A stretch of DNA of 64,000 bases from Callorhinchus milii (Eukaryota): positions 8,122,001 to 8,186,000 of the forward strand of contig NW_024704750.1 of assembly GCF_018977255.1 (NCBI RefSeq), in the 5' to 3' direction. The notes beneath the pieces are model-generated. The model made no database searches and was not told the DNA's origin. It worked only from the letters and a program-made list of their open reading frames with translations. A program made the translations under genes and the position numbers. Positions 1 through 12,848 of this stretch are shown here, one piece after another. Each line of letters begins with the position of its first letter. Position 1 is the first letter of the stretch.

Positions 1-329
1 AACATAATAAGGCGCTATGTCAAATGCAAGGATTATTATTACAACGGAACCTTACCTATCCATAGACTTCACTTCCCTTGGCAGAGGTTTCATATTGGCA
101 GTAATGAAGGCTCTGTTATGTCGGAATAGCATTTGGAAGCTGAGACTCCATAGCTGGATGGGATGGGAAACACCCAGGTGATAGCTGGAGCTGAGTGGAT
201 TATCATTATCAAGATTCTGCTGTATCAACCTTTTGAATTCCTGGGTAAGACCAAAATTTTGAGGTGAGCGTATAAAAGATACATGGGAAATTCATACAAG
301 TGTACCAGCGATGAATTTATGAGAATAGG

Positions 330-640
330 CTTGCAAAATTAGGGCTATTTTCTTAGGAAATGAATGGATAGGAGAGGATCTCATAGATGTCTTCAAAATT
401 CTGAACGGCTTTGAGAAGATAAATAGTTAAAGATTATTCTTGTTGGTTGGTAAATCGGTAACCAAGGGGCATAAGGTCAGATTGTCATTGGAAAAGATAA
501 GGGTGCAGTTAGAAGACACTTTTTTACATAGAGGGTTGTTAGAACAATGGAATGCTTTGCCACAAGTAGCTTTTGAGGCTGAGTCCATAAAAAACATTTA
601 AAAGGGAACTGCATAAACATTTGAAAATTAACAAAGTGTA
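330..640 (+). mobile_element. Decayed CR1-type LINE 3' fragment
   Basis: Traces of the DLIxVFKI...TxGH...FFTxRVV..WNxLP ORF2 C-terminal motifs with frameshifts. Confidence 0.7.
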
Positions 641-657
641 TTGCGAGGGAGCAGAGT

Positions 658-725
658 GGAGTCCTGTAACTCAGTGATTAGAGCACTCGCCTCACAAGCG
701 AGAGGACCTGGGTTCGATTCCCGGC
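658..725 (+). mobile_element. tRNA-derived SINE head (truncated)
   Basis: GGAGTCCTGTAACTCAGTGATTAGAGC...GGTTCGATTCCCGGC, A and B boxes, same family as 1182. Confidence 0.8.
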
Positions 726-1181
726 ACTTTATTCCTGGTGTTTTCTGAATGGCCAGTTATGCTTTTGGAGAAAATAACACATTGTGGAGAAAATAAATTT
801 GTGTTCCAGATGACACCAACCAATGCACCCTCTCCATGAACAGATTAGCGAAAGCAAGATCCAAAAGATAAAAACGGTATACTATAAAAGATTCCAGAAA
901 CTATAAAAACTGTGATGAGGAGTATAACTGGGCAGTGTAATCAATGGCATTGCTGAAGTGTCGGTCTATATCACAGGGGGAGCATGTCCCTATGTCCTTT
1001 TTGGGTGGAACCAGCAAAGGTGTGAAATCCTTTTGCAGTTTGGCAGCAACATCTGGATCCCAGATTTCTTATCATCAACAACTCTGTTATGGTTTCCCCA
1101 ATTCGCCAGATGCTTCAGTCTGGCCTGTTTCACACAGGAAAGTTAAAATATAGTTTAAAAAATGGTGTAGTGCACATTTGT

Positions 1182-1468
1182 GGAGTCCTGTAGCTCAGTG
1201 GTTAGAGCGCTCGCCTCGCAAGCGAGAGACCTGGGTTCGATTCCCGGCAGGGCGAAACCTTACTCCATATGCCTGATAATAATCCTTCAAAAAAAATTGG
1301 TCACTTCAATCCACGACTGTTTGTGGGACACTGCTGTGCACAATTGGCTGCCGCGTTTTGCCCACAAATATACAGTTAATTCACTTTACAGTCTATTCTG
1401 TGAAGTACTTTGAGATGTCTAGAAGACGTGATAAGGTGCTATATCAAATGCAAGGATTATTATTATCA
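1182..1468 (+). mobile_element. tRNA-derived SINE, near full length, with Deu-like core and L2-like tail
   Basis: A/B-box head, core TGTTTGTGGGACACTGCTGTGC..AATTGGCTGCCGCG, tail GATAAGGTGCTATATCAAATGCAAGG(ATT)n; many copies in the window. Confidence 0.9.
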
Positions 1469-1749
1469 TTAAACTTAAATCAACAAAGTTAGAAGAGAGA
1501 GAAATTGAACAAGAAAGTGGGAGAAATCAGAAATTAGAATTAAAATCAGAAAGTAGAATTAAAATAAAACTCCTTTTATTTATATTTTATTATTATAATA
1601 ATAAAATTCACTGCTGGCCTGATTTGCATTATTAATGCAACTCATGGATCTTATATGACCATCTGTGGATGGTGCATCTTTGTCAGATTTAAAGCATGCT
1701 GTCCCCATCTAGTGGTGTAACACTCTTTCCGCAATGTGTTCAAATTATT

Positions 1750-1955
1750 ATTTTCCATTTATACAATGCTTTGGAAATGGGTATTGGTGGAACAATTTCT
1801 ATGTTTGTGGATTATGGCAAATTAGGGAGTGTGGTAAACCACCAGAAAGAATGCAGAAAACTGCAGGAGGACATAAATTACTTCGCACAGCGGGCAGAAA
1901 GGTGGCAGTTGAAGGTGGGCATTGAGGAATGTGAAGTGTGCCATTCGGGCAAACA
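1750..1955 (+). mobile_element. CR1-type LINE reverse-transcriptase fragment
   Basis: GTISMFVDYGKLGSVV...LQEDI....AERWQL.....CEVCH resembles the CR1 RT ISKFADDTKL...LQxDL...W.M.FN..KC.VLH motif, degraded. Confidence 0.75.
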
Positions 1956-4900
1956 TGGAAGTGAACCTGGGTGGGACCTGTATGGTTCAGCTACTCACTG
2001 AATAAACTCATCAAGGGGAGTGGGGTGGGGGGGTGGTTGGCGGTGGGGGAGAGGTCTTTAAACTTGTGACAAAATGTGTTCAGAATTCTTACAGATTCTG
2101 TCACATTAATTGCCTCTTGCTAGCATGTTTCCACAGCTGCCAATGATCCTCTGGTTCCATTCCCAAGTGGCTACTTTTCATGTATTAACCTAGACTGCGA
2201 ACTAGGCATTCTATTCAACTTTAGTTGGGGGCATTCACAGCTGAGTTCAAATCTTTCCTCACCTTATATCCACACATACTTTACAGCAGTGTACTCTGGA
2301 CAGCACCAGCTGTAAAAACCCGTATTTCCCCCCTCAGTTTCCCAGGGCAAGGAAACCAATTGTAGCAACTCCCTACTGTTGCCCAGATTTGAAAAGAACT
2401 AACCCAACAATAAGGGCAACAACAACAGCAACTTGCATTGATACAGCAAAACAAAACCCAGTACAAAACAAGGTCAACTATGAGATCTTCTGGGTTTGTA
2501 TAACTCTGTTTCAAACAGGCCAATGGCTTTATCAGCTACTCATGTCATACTTAAGACATCATCCATTGAAGCAAGTACAATTCGTGCCACAATTAAATCT
2601 TGATCCAAACTGAAATTAAAAGTGTTGCACTCTTCCAGAGCACTTGACAACTGGAACTCATCATGAATCAGACATTCCGAATTTTAAAAACATATCCTGC
2701 AAAGGTTGAAAAGTAGATGTCTGAAAAAGGCACATTTATTTTGTAAACAATATGGGCAGAAGAGCAATTTTCATTAAACAAAACTAAACATTCCATTCAT
2801 TTTTATCTAGTTTTTTTAAAAGATTTCTGCTGCTCCAGGCTTCTCAGTGGGAAGCGGCAGGAAGAATCTACACATGGTAAGCCTCAATGTTTTTGTCACT
2901 TCAGTCACAGTGACACTCAACGCTGCCTCAGCAGGTACACTCTCTGATGTCTTACGGAATTATCCCTGAGGAACATGGAGGAGACGAGTTCAGTTAACAA
3001 GCTGACCAGGAAGACAACCTGGTCAGCAGCAGGTTTGCACAGTTCTGTTTTGCAGGGTTATATTCATCTGGGTGAAGCCAGTCTGGGCAGCAACCTGTAT
3101 TAAACTGAATTTCCTGCCTCCTGTAGTGTCAGGAAATCTAGGTAATGATGTAACTGTTGACCTCTGTGGGTGAAGCATCCTTTATTTTGCAGTTAACTCT
3201 ATGGTACAAAACATGTGTTTATGCCCTGGTTCTCAGAGTTGATTCTTTCTCCCATTGGGCTGATAGCAATGGTGGCAGATACACCATTATATGGGCTTTC
3301 AATTACTTCTTAATCATGTTTATGTTAAAAATACTGAGTCTAAGGACAAGTGAAAATTTTGAATTGGCACAAAATACAGCACATACATATCAACCAGTCT
3401 GGTTTTGATACTTTTAAGCATGATAATATATTTCCACATGTACCAGACACTCGGCTGACCAAAAANCATATAAACCGCACATAGCTTACAAAAATGGCTA
3501 ATATTTACCAGAGGGAAAACTCATCTCCAAATGGTGCACACGTGTTCAGTAAAGACATCCCTATACTGTGGGGAAGGATTGAAAGGAATCTCCCTACCTT
3601 ATACACTATTATAGGGGTCCATCCAGCACCTTGGGATGTCCTCCTGATGTGAAAGGCGCTATACAAATGTAATTTGTTGTTATTATTACCCAAAATATTT
3701 TCTCCAAAAGCCTCTGAAAGAAATGTATCTTTCCAAGACTTCACAAAGGAACTTTATAACTGGTGGTTATTATTTTTAAAGAGACAAAAAATAGGGATGA
3801 ATGCTATGGCTAAACACTCCAGTGATGATACTTAGATAAATATTAACTTTTTCCTTTAACTTCATAACTCTCTCCATCTATCCATTAATCTATCAATCTA
3901 CATATGAAAAGCCACATTACTTTTGCATGGAGATCACGGGTTGGTTGATTTCAGTTTATTCAAATGAATCTGAAATTGACTAAATAGGTGACCAAAAGGG
4001 AACATGCAGTTTTAATATACTCTTGATGTAAACTTTTCTACGACTAGTTAAGTCATTACGGTTCATTGAGATCTCGTTTCTGCTATAAAAACAAACATTT
4101 TCAAGTAACTTTACAGGTCTGTTGCATACTTTTTACTCTTAAGTTAAAGTTTCCTGTTGTTCTGTTATGTCTGGCTTGAACAAAAATGACAGAATTGATT
4201 ATTTTGAAATGAAAAGAGTGGTTTAGAATACGTTGGCTCCCCTAACTTAATTAAAGACAAATGTTGAGCAGGATTATAAAAAGTAGCCTTGCTGAGAGTG
4301 CTGACTGCTTGATTTAATAGCTTCCTTGTAAAACTATTTGCTGATATTTTCAAGCACATATTCAGTTATTTAGTTAATTTTCATTACAGTGGAAAACCTT
4401 TAGATGCCAATTTAAAGATTATTATTATTACATCACTGAAGTGGGAACTCCATTTGAAATCTAGCAAGATGAATGAAGAAAATGATCAAATTATATAGAA
4501 ATAAAAGAAAACTCAATAATTCCGTTGAATTTACTTTTCATGCCATCTTAATAAAATTAGTTTTTGATGAATGTTCACAAACTAATCAAAACAAAATTGT
4601 TCTAAGCTATTGAAGGGAAGCCACATAAGTAATGCCTACCTAGAAATAACAAAATGCAAACACGTTTCCATTTTAATAAAACTTTCCATATAAATTGAGA
4701 TATATCTTGAATTATAATATGTCAGAGGTTGCAAATAAATCTGTTTAATAAATTGTTCAAGGTAGTGGCAATTAATCATTTCTATTTTGTAGTTTTAATT
4801 TTCAGTTGGAAATTCATGTGGAACCATTTAAGCATCATGAACATTTATTCTGTAATTAATCTGTATTTATTAGTAAAGGCAGCTTTAATATCACACTTAT

Positions 4901-7900
4901 CACTTGCAAGTTCAATTTACATTACAATCATTAATTACATTTCAAGTTTTCTACAAACTTCTATAGTTCCTGGACAACCCTTTGGATGAAGTGAACATTA
5001 ATTACAAAACTCAAGCCAGCCAGATGTTTAACAAAAGGAGATAATGTTACAGCACAGCTGGGAGTTTGTACCTTGCGTGCATAAATGTAATATAAAGGGT
5101 ACCAGGGTTAGTGAAGTGTCTGTTAGGATTCACATTCAGACATTCTTCATTGACTTTATAATTAAGACCAAATTGTGACAGTTATATCAATAACAAAAAG
5201 GAATGGGGTTGTGAGGGTCAGAAGTTTGTTTAAGTAAAGGAATTTTCTTATATCAGGTTCTCATATACGTGGATTCAACAGAACATCCACACAGTTAATT
5301 ATGGAACACAATACCATAATTTAAAAAAAAAGATACATTGTGAGGGCTTTTTCGTACTGTAATGAAAAGATTGTGAAAGGTCATGTCATAAAACTTGCAT
5401 TCTAATTTTAGATCAAAAAACAAAAAGCAATTAATGTCAAATTGTGACTTTGAAATCACTTCTACATCCACTTGACTTTCATGTGGAGCACTGAATAAAT
5501 AAATAAATAAATAAGCAAATAAGCTAATAACTGATATAAATATGTGTTAGTTTAAAAAAAATGCATACATGGGATCCTCTAGTAACCTGAGTGAATCAAA
5601 AGCTGAGAGTTCTTTCTCAGGTCGAACTTTGAAGTATTCAAGAGAATGATGATAAGGTCTAGACTATCCATCTACAACAGTATCCTAAAACATAATTCCA
5701 GTAAAATATAATTCCAAATTTCAACATGAAAGATTGCAGAAGGCAACATTCGAATTTTTCAGATGCAGAAGTTTATTTTTGTATTAAAGAAATTAATTTC
5801 TTCTCCATGTTTAATGTTTGGTCCTATTGTTCTGAAAAAAATTACACAGATAAATTACAGGCCTATTACTAACTGGTAAATGTCAATAAAAAAAACTTGT
5901 AATTGATGTAGGGTCTTAGCACTTCTTTGAGAAACCTCAAAGCATTTCACGGGATATACAGTAAAGTGATGTGACTATTTTGTGGGCAAAATGTTTCCAT
6001 TTCTCTTTGTGATTTTATATTTTGTTATTTCCTGTTCTGCTTCAACTAAAAATCGATGCTTTAAAGAAAAGGTTTGAAAACCAAAATGTTATTTAATTCA
6101 AAATAATGCAAATCCTCAGGCATGTTTGCCCACAACACAAAATTTGTTTTGCCGTTGATGGCATGGCCATGTGTTTTCAATTACACTCAAAACTCTAAAC
6201 GTGTTATTGTGGAAAAAAAAGACAGAATTTAAAACTCGTTTTTGAAGAGTCTTCACCAGACAAAAAAAATCAGCTGACGCCTCATTCAGTAACGCATTCA
6301 TAGCACGTACAAATTTGTTTGCTTCATAAAAGCCTTCCTCCAAATTTAACTTCTCCTGCATGAAACATCAGCCGGATGTGACTGCCATGTGCTTGTGGCA
6401 TCACCTTACAAGTCTAGGTTTTCTAATGACTTCAGTGGGAAATGTTTTACATCCAGCTGCTGGTGATCACTAATGATTTCACCTTGGTTTTTCCGTGTAG
6501 ACTCCACAGCCTTGTTCCCAGTTTGAAGTGTGCTGGTGGCAGTATGACATCACCACCATATTGCAAATATAAATAAATCTCAGGCTACAATGATCGGAAT
6601 GGCTGAAGGCAAGAGGCATTTTTGTGGTACCAGATGTGAGAGTCTTCATGAGACCTCTGTATCTTAACTTTCTTGTTCGATTGGATCCAAGCCATTCTCC
6701 ATTATACCCAATTAATGAGGAGAGACTGCCTTTAGGTCTTCAGTGGTGGGGCCACAAGTAGAATCTTTCCTTTAGGTGTTGTCGGCAACCTCCCCTCCAT
6801 CATTTGGTATTGGTGAAAGATGCTTCGTATGATGGGCTTTATATTATATATATATAATTATATATTAAATGCTTATAGTCAAAGCCATAATCTCTTAAGG
6901 AGTTGATACACCAACAAATTAAAATTTTAAGCCTTAAATCTTGTCTTACAAGTGTCTAAACCTTATAATTCAGAGCCAGGGATAAGATATTTGACCAGGC
7001 AACACCACAGCGGATTCACACATCAACAAGAATGAAGGTACGATACTCAGATTCATGTCCCTCATAAGCTGTTAAGCTGATTGGCACCTGGTAACAGAGG
7101 TACCTACTGAGCACACAATTATGTAGTAGCTAACTCTTTCTATTGATTATTTGTGCCCCCATAAGTGGAGAATCCATATGGAAGAGACTCGAAAATGTGA
7201 GGCTGATAGAGTGGTGCATGGTGCACTGTTCAAGACCCAGGGCAGGTCAGGATTGAGACTGAATAGCTAACTTTCTCCCTGTGGTCCCTATGTGATTCAG
7301 TCAAGATTATATGAAGGGAAAAGGAGTAGATGAAACTAGCAGCTTGTGATATTACCATATGAATCATTTACTGATTTGAGAATGAACTTTCCCAGAGCTA
7401 CAGGAGGCATCAAAGAATTCCACAAAAAAACTGTTTAGTGTCTTAGTTTATTCAACTTAAGTAAGCCCAACCATGTGTATGAAAAGAATCATGACTAGGG
7501 GCCTATTTTTTATGCTTAAACAGCCAAACATTTTTTGAGTCAATGAGTATCCTTCCCACAATACCCAATAATGATTAAACAAATGCAATGCCCACTGTGC
7601 AACCTCAAAAGCAATTAGCAACTGTAATAAAATTGGTCTGGAAAAAAAAGGATGTGATGCAGCTATAAAAAAAGAAAAAGCAGTTGAGGCGCTGCCGTGG
7701 GAATATCTTCTCTTGACTGCATGTACGATATAAATTTTATAATTCTATAATAAAATAAGCACTTAAAAAGGATTTTTCTGTGAAAATAAACATAAGCTTT
7801 CAATGCTTATTTAATTTTCAAAAGGATGTCCAACAAAACAAATGCAATTTTAATTGTAGGCTATTTTCAAATAACTATATTCTGGCATTGGTATGCTTAT

Positions 7901-10900
7901 TTAGACAGTAGTGTTTTCTACAGATAATTCAATTTTCTGATAGTGTTGCACATATATATTGAAGTAAAATTCTAGATACTGGATTTTAAAATAAATCATC
8001 ACAAGCAACGGTGGCTTAAATTCATATTATATTTTGGAATTACAGCCAACTGCAGACATTCATCCAGTTAGGTAGGAGATTCCTTTCAACAATACATCTC
8101 AGGAACAATACAAAGGATAGTCACTATTCCATGAGCAAACCAAATGCAGTCAAGGAGAGGTAAGAAGAGATCATTACTGTTGTAAATGTGTCCTTATAAG
8201 ACATAGCCCTTAATAAACTTCACAATTCACATCTAATTATTTATCACTTATTGGTCCGAAGGAACTTATGCATCCTACAAAATCAGGAGTAAGGCAGATA
8301 TAATATTAGACTGTAAACATTGTTTCATATTGAAAATATTAGTATGAAAATATGCATCTTTGGATTTCAATTTTGTTTGTTTTTATTTTGAATTGACCAA
8401 TCTTTTGTTCACTGCATAAACCTAACTGCACAAGTCATAGGTAATTTGACAGCAAGTTATTTTGATATATTAGAAATATTTGATCAGCATAATGTCTAAA
8501 TTACCAGGAGGTGGTAGAAGATTTGATAATTTCTGTTAAGGTGAAGGCAATTGCTCAGGTCTTCAATTGATACTGTAATATTTTGCCAAATTTCCTATGA
8601 CTTTGGTTATGCTATTAATCAAACATATATATATGATATATTGTGTGCTACATTTTGCTAGTCATCTGGGAGCTGTACTATTTCTGTGTTGGTTAACAGC
8701 ATGTACCTTGTTGGTACAATTCCTGAGCTGTCTGCAGCTGCAAATTGCTTGGTTTTGAGGCAGGTTTTAGTTTGGTATTATTTGTGTCTGTTATTTTGAC
8801 ACCCCTGTGGTAATTCTGGTAATTGCAGTTGGTTGTTTTATCACCTCTGTACTACATTCTTTGAGCTCCATACCAGGCTCTGTAAGTAACAATATGGGGT
8901 CATTGAGCTTCACAAAAACATTTGGTATGAGTTGTTGTGGGTCAGTACACTCCACAGAAATTCTCCCATGCCTAATTCAAAATCAGTCAGCTTTGTGGCA
9001 AATTCTGTAATGAGCAGCTGGAAATTGCTTCATGGAGAGTTCAGAGAAGTTGAAATGTTCCCAGTCCCAATCCTAGGTGTTTTTGCATGTTTTTTGAAGT
9101 GTGGTATTTATAGTGTTTCTGGTCTGTTTCTCAAACAAGCATTCATGAAAGTTAGGTATTGCACTTCACAGCTATGGTTCAGATAGAATGCTTACAAACT
9201 CATTGCTGCTAGATGGGTCACAGCACAAGACTTCTGTATGCTACAGCAAGTGGGTGGTAGATGCTTGCGCATTTTTACACATGAAGTGTGTGAGAACTAG
9301 GGGTCTACCACTGTGTAAAAAGAGGTAGTTTTATAATACAGCACATATCACAAAGTTGATTCACATACAAACTGCCTCCATATGTATATTAATTACAATG
9401 TTCTAACTTTATCCACATACCTATTATTCACATTCAATGCATGTTATCATTTCTACGATCACATTTGTGTATTTGCCTGCTCTAGAAAGTCTTGAACATG
9501 CATCCATTTAGTCCACAACAATATTACACAATTCACAAGATAGCACAGTTCCTGGGGAATTTGCAACTTAGATTGTTTATATATAGGACATACTATTTCT
9601 TGTAATGTTTTGCTGTACTTTGTTCCCATAGACTGAATGTTTTTTAAAAAAACCTATTTAGAGAATCTTGGAAAGCTTAGCACAGAAGGAAGAAGCTTGC
9701 TCAGCTCATTGTTTCTGTGTTGTAACAGCTTGTCATTGAAGATATCTAAGTTAACCTAATTTCTCTCCTCTTTCCCCATACCTTTCAAAATCTTTCTTCT
9801 TCAAGTTTTTAATTGCATTTCAAACAACGAGTTCTCTCAACAGTCAACTGCGTTTCGCCAAGGAATGTATCACTGCTTATGTCAAAAGTTAATGCCTAAT
9901 AATTCCCTATCGTTTTACAAAAATGAAGGGAAAATCATTTACTGTATTGTATATCAATATGACAGTCAAAATATTCTTTCAGTGCTCCAAGACATTCCCC
10001 AGGTGAAGGGCCCTATATAAACCCAAGTTGTTGTTGTCATATAATATCCTCTGCAACATGTTTATTTAGTCACATCTAACGCTCACACAAAATCTAGCTA
10101 CAAAACTGAAAAAATTGATAACATCTTGTTCTTTACATCGTACCTACTGTCGTCAATAAGAGAGTGCAGAAAATATATAGGACTTCTGATGCCGACACAT
10201 CCGACAAGCCAAGGTTATGATAAAGATTGAGTGAGGCAGTTATGCCTTTACTACTCCCTTGACTTTTCCACCTGTCCTCACACATCCCACTAACCCTCAT
10301 CAGATCTTTAAACTTTGTTGGTTTTCCTTTCACTCTCTTTCGGGCCTCAATTCCAGCACAAGCTTTTCCCACCTGTTGCCCTTTGTCCATGATCCCTGCC
10401 TAATTGTGTTCCCATTAGTACCTCTGCAGCCTGAAATGTCATCAGAAAGCGAAAGCAGTGCTGTAACACAAAGGAAGGAAAGGATTGAAGCCAGTGCCAA
10501 AATTGTGATTTTAGTGTAGTTTTCGATTAAATACAGACCCATAAAGGCCTAAAATGATTGTTACAAGTATACCTTTTCCCTTAAAATCTTTGGACTTGAA
10601 AAAAACACAACTGAGAATGATAACCTATGTGGGTAACCAGGGAGCGATGAACAGGTATTCAATTGCAACAAAACAAATTCCACACAATGCGGCCATTATA
10701 CTAATCATTAGTAACTAATATGATCATAAAGGCTCCTGGAACAAAGTAGCGATAAATATTAAATTAACATCAGATGAGGATAAAATCAGAGCTCCCCCTC
10801 TCTTTATTTTGGGGATAAACAGCAATATTTACAACATTCTGAAGCTTGTAATTGCAAGTGTCTATGCTTGTCTTTGTAGTTAGTATGCAATGTTTTTCAT

Positions 10901-12034
10901 CTCGTGCAATGTCTTAATTGTAAGCACTTCCTAAAAATCTAGGCTTCAATAGCTTTTATCATGCTTTGTCTTATTCCATAAATTGGTCAGAGAGTACTTT
11001 TATTCACAATAGGGAGTGCAGCTATCTAATCATATACCCTCACCATTACCCTACTGAAAATTGCCCATAGATTAATTTTTAAACTTTGCCATTCTAAAAG
11101 AAAAATGCTTCTTTCCATCTTTAATTGAAGTGAGCCTCCTGGTGGTCAATGGGGAAACCTGTAAACTCACAAAGACGTAGAGTAACAATAAATAACATCA
11201 GTGCAAATAGAGATAAAATGTAACATTATTGGGGAAAAAAATAGGTGTGAACTCTTCAATCACATTTTAATTATGCAGAAATGTAATGAAAAAGTTTCAC
11301 ACGGTATCCAATTATATGGCACCATGACAACTAAGAAAAAAAGGACAATTAAAATTGAAATTTTAATTGCAATCTTATCTGTAAATATATCTGACTTATT
11401 CCTTCAAATTGTTATTCATTTATGGCTAGATATCGCTTCTTCCTACTCATCTTTCAATGAATAAAGATCAATCATATTCATGAGGCCATAATTACACTGC
11501 ATAATTATACAGTGGAGGTCATCACTCCGAGAACACATTCACCAGTGTTCAAGAAATAAGCAGTTGATACGGCTCTCACATGATGCATTGCTGAAACGTA
11601 GAACACAAGTTCAACAAAGCAGTTCTCTACATGGCAATTCTGAAACCAAGTAAGTCAATGCTGGTGCCCTCCGAACTGCCTTGAAACAGGAAATGTGCAA
11701 GAAATCAAAAAAGCACAAAATAAAACATCTTATTAGGGGAAGGGAAAAGGGAAATTCAAACTGAGGAAAGCAAATAGTCGTCTTATTTTTCAAAGCACTT
11801 CGCAGAATTTACTATAAAGTGAGTATTTTGTGGGCAAAGCACAACCAACCGTGGAGTGAGTGACCAATCTTATCTGGGGTAACGTTTGCCAAGACACTGC
11901 GAGAACTCCCTTCTCTTTTCGAACAGCGCCATGGGAACTTCAACGTCCACCTGGATAGGCAGGTGGGTCCTTGCTTTAATGTCTCGGCACCTCTGACACC
12001 AGTGTTTCCCCGGTTCTGCACCCTGTGCCAGTGT

Positions 12035-12303
12035 CAACAACAACAAGAAGATTCCATTTATAAAGCGCCTTTCACGTCAGGAGGACGTCCCAAGGCGCTG
12101 CACAGTTGGGTCATGACCCAAGCACGGGGGAAATGGTCAGGGTGAGGGGAGGGAAGGGAGGGAGCGAGGAGGGGGGAAATGGTCAGGGTGAGGGGAGGGA
12201 GGGAGCGAGGAGGGGGGAAATGGTCAGGGTGAGGGGAGGGAAGGGAGGGAGCGAGGAGGGGGAGGAGAGTCGAGAGGGGAGCTGAAGGCTCGGTCAAAGA
12301 GAA
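12035..12303 (-). mobile_element. L2 LINE 3' end
   Basis: (CAA)n tail plus TTTATAAAGCGCCTTTCACGTCAGGAGGACGTCCCAAGGCGCTG, homologous to 21430 and 28990-29047. Confidence 0.75.
12126..12265 (+). repeat. Three tandem ~41-46 nt purine-rich units (GGGGGAAATGGTCAGGGTGAGGGGAGGGA...) inside an L2 3' UTR
   Basis: Direct inspection. Confidence 0.85.
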
Positions 12304-12409
12304 AGTGTCAAACCCAATACCTTCCCCCAGGGGTCAGCACTCCCCCCCCCCCACCCCCAGCGCTGCACTGCAGTCAGCCTGGACCATGTGCATTTCAACC
12401 GAGAGGGAT

Positions 12410-12717
12410 TGTGGGGCGGTCGGGCCTTCCGCCACTGTGCCCCCCACCCTCTGGAACTCCCTCCACCTCGCCCCCTCCCTCGTCTCCTTCAAGACCCTCC
12501 TCAACAATCTCCTCTTCAGTCGTGCTTGCGATCTCCCTGCTTCCCCCCCACCCTCCCTCACCCCCCCTCACCCCCACTCCCCCCCCCTCACTCCCCCCCC
12601 CCCCCCCCACTCCCCACCCCCAGGTCGGGTCAGTCCCTCGGTGTGTCCAGCGTTGGGCGCCGCGACGGCTTCACACATGTCATTGTGTTGTTGTTGTTGT
12701 TGTCGTCGTCGTCGTCG
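12410..12717 (+). mobile_element. L2 LINE 3' end (ORF2 C-terminus plus tail)
   Basis: GGRAF...LWNSL...SLVSFKTLLNNLLF motif, then (TTG)n tail. Confidence 0.75.
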
Positions 12718-12730
12718 CATCCAGAAAACA

Positions 12731-12822
12731 GCCAATCACCGCCCGGGGAAATGAACCAATCACAGGCGGCGCGATCCCTGCCCTGTGATTGGCTGACGGC
12801 GACAAACGGAATTTATTTTGAA
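12731..12822 (+). promoter_or_regulatory. CDKN3 cell-cycle promoter: three NF-Y CCAAT boxes plus CHR element
   Basis: CCAAT 12732-12736 and 12756-12760, ATTGG 12788-12792, TTTGAA 12817-12822, CpG-rich, just upstream of the ATG. Confidence 0.8.
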
Positions 12823-12836
12823 TCCAAGTCGGCGCC

Positions 12837-12848
12837 ATGGTCAACCTG
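12837..12848 (+). CDS. CDKN3: CDKN3 coding exon 1 (MVNL)
   Basis: GGCGCCATGG Kozak followed by CTG|GTGAGT donor, directly after a CCAAT/CHR promoter. Confidence 0.75.

Larger units (their letters stand above)
11791..12400 (-). mobile_element. Old Deu-domain SINE (SacSINE1/AmnSINE-like), split by an L2 insertion
   Basis: 11791-11995 and 12334-12398 are reverse complements of consecutive parts of the element at 44870-45293. Confidence 0.65.

Noticed and set aside
1182-1252. tRNA-like gene (anticodon CGC) and similar heads at 658, 18235, 27417, 48740
   Set aside because: Acceptor stem does not pair and most continue into a SINE body; these are SINE heads
2200-2400. RE1/REST half-site GGACAGCACC
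   Set aside because: Left half does not match; the region looks like an old repeat fragment
3001-3027. 10-bp perfect hairpin GCTGACCAGG/CCTGGTCAGC
   Set aside because: Too short for a pre-miRNA; isolated and plausible by chance
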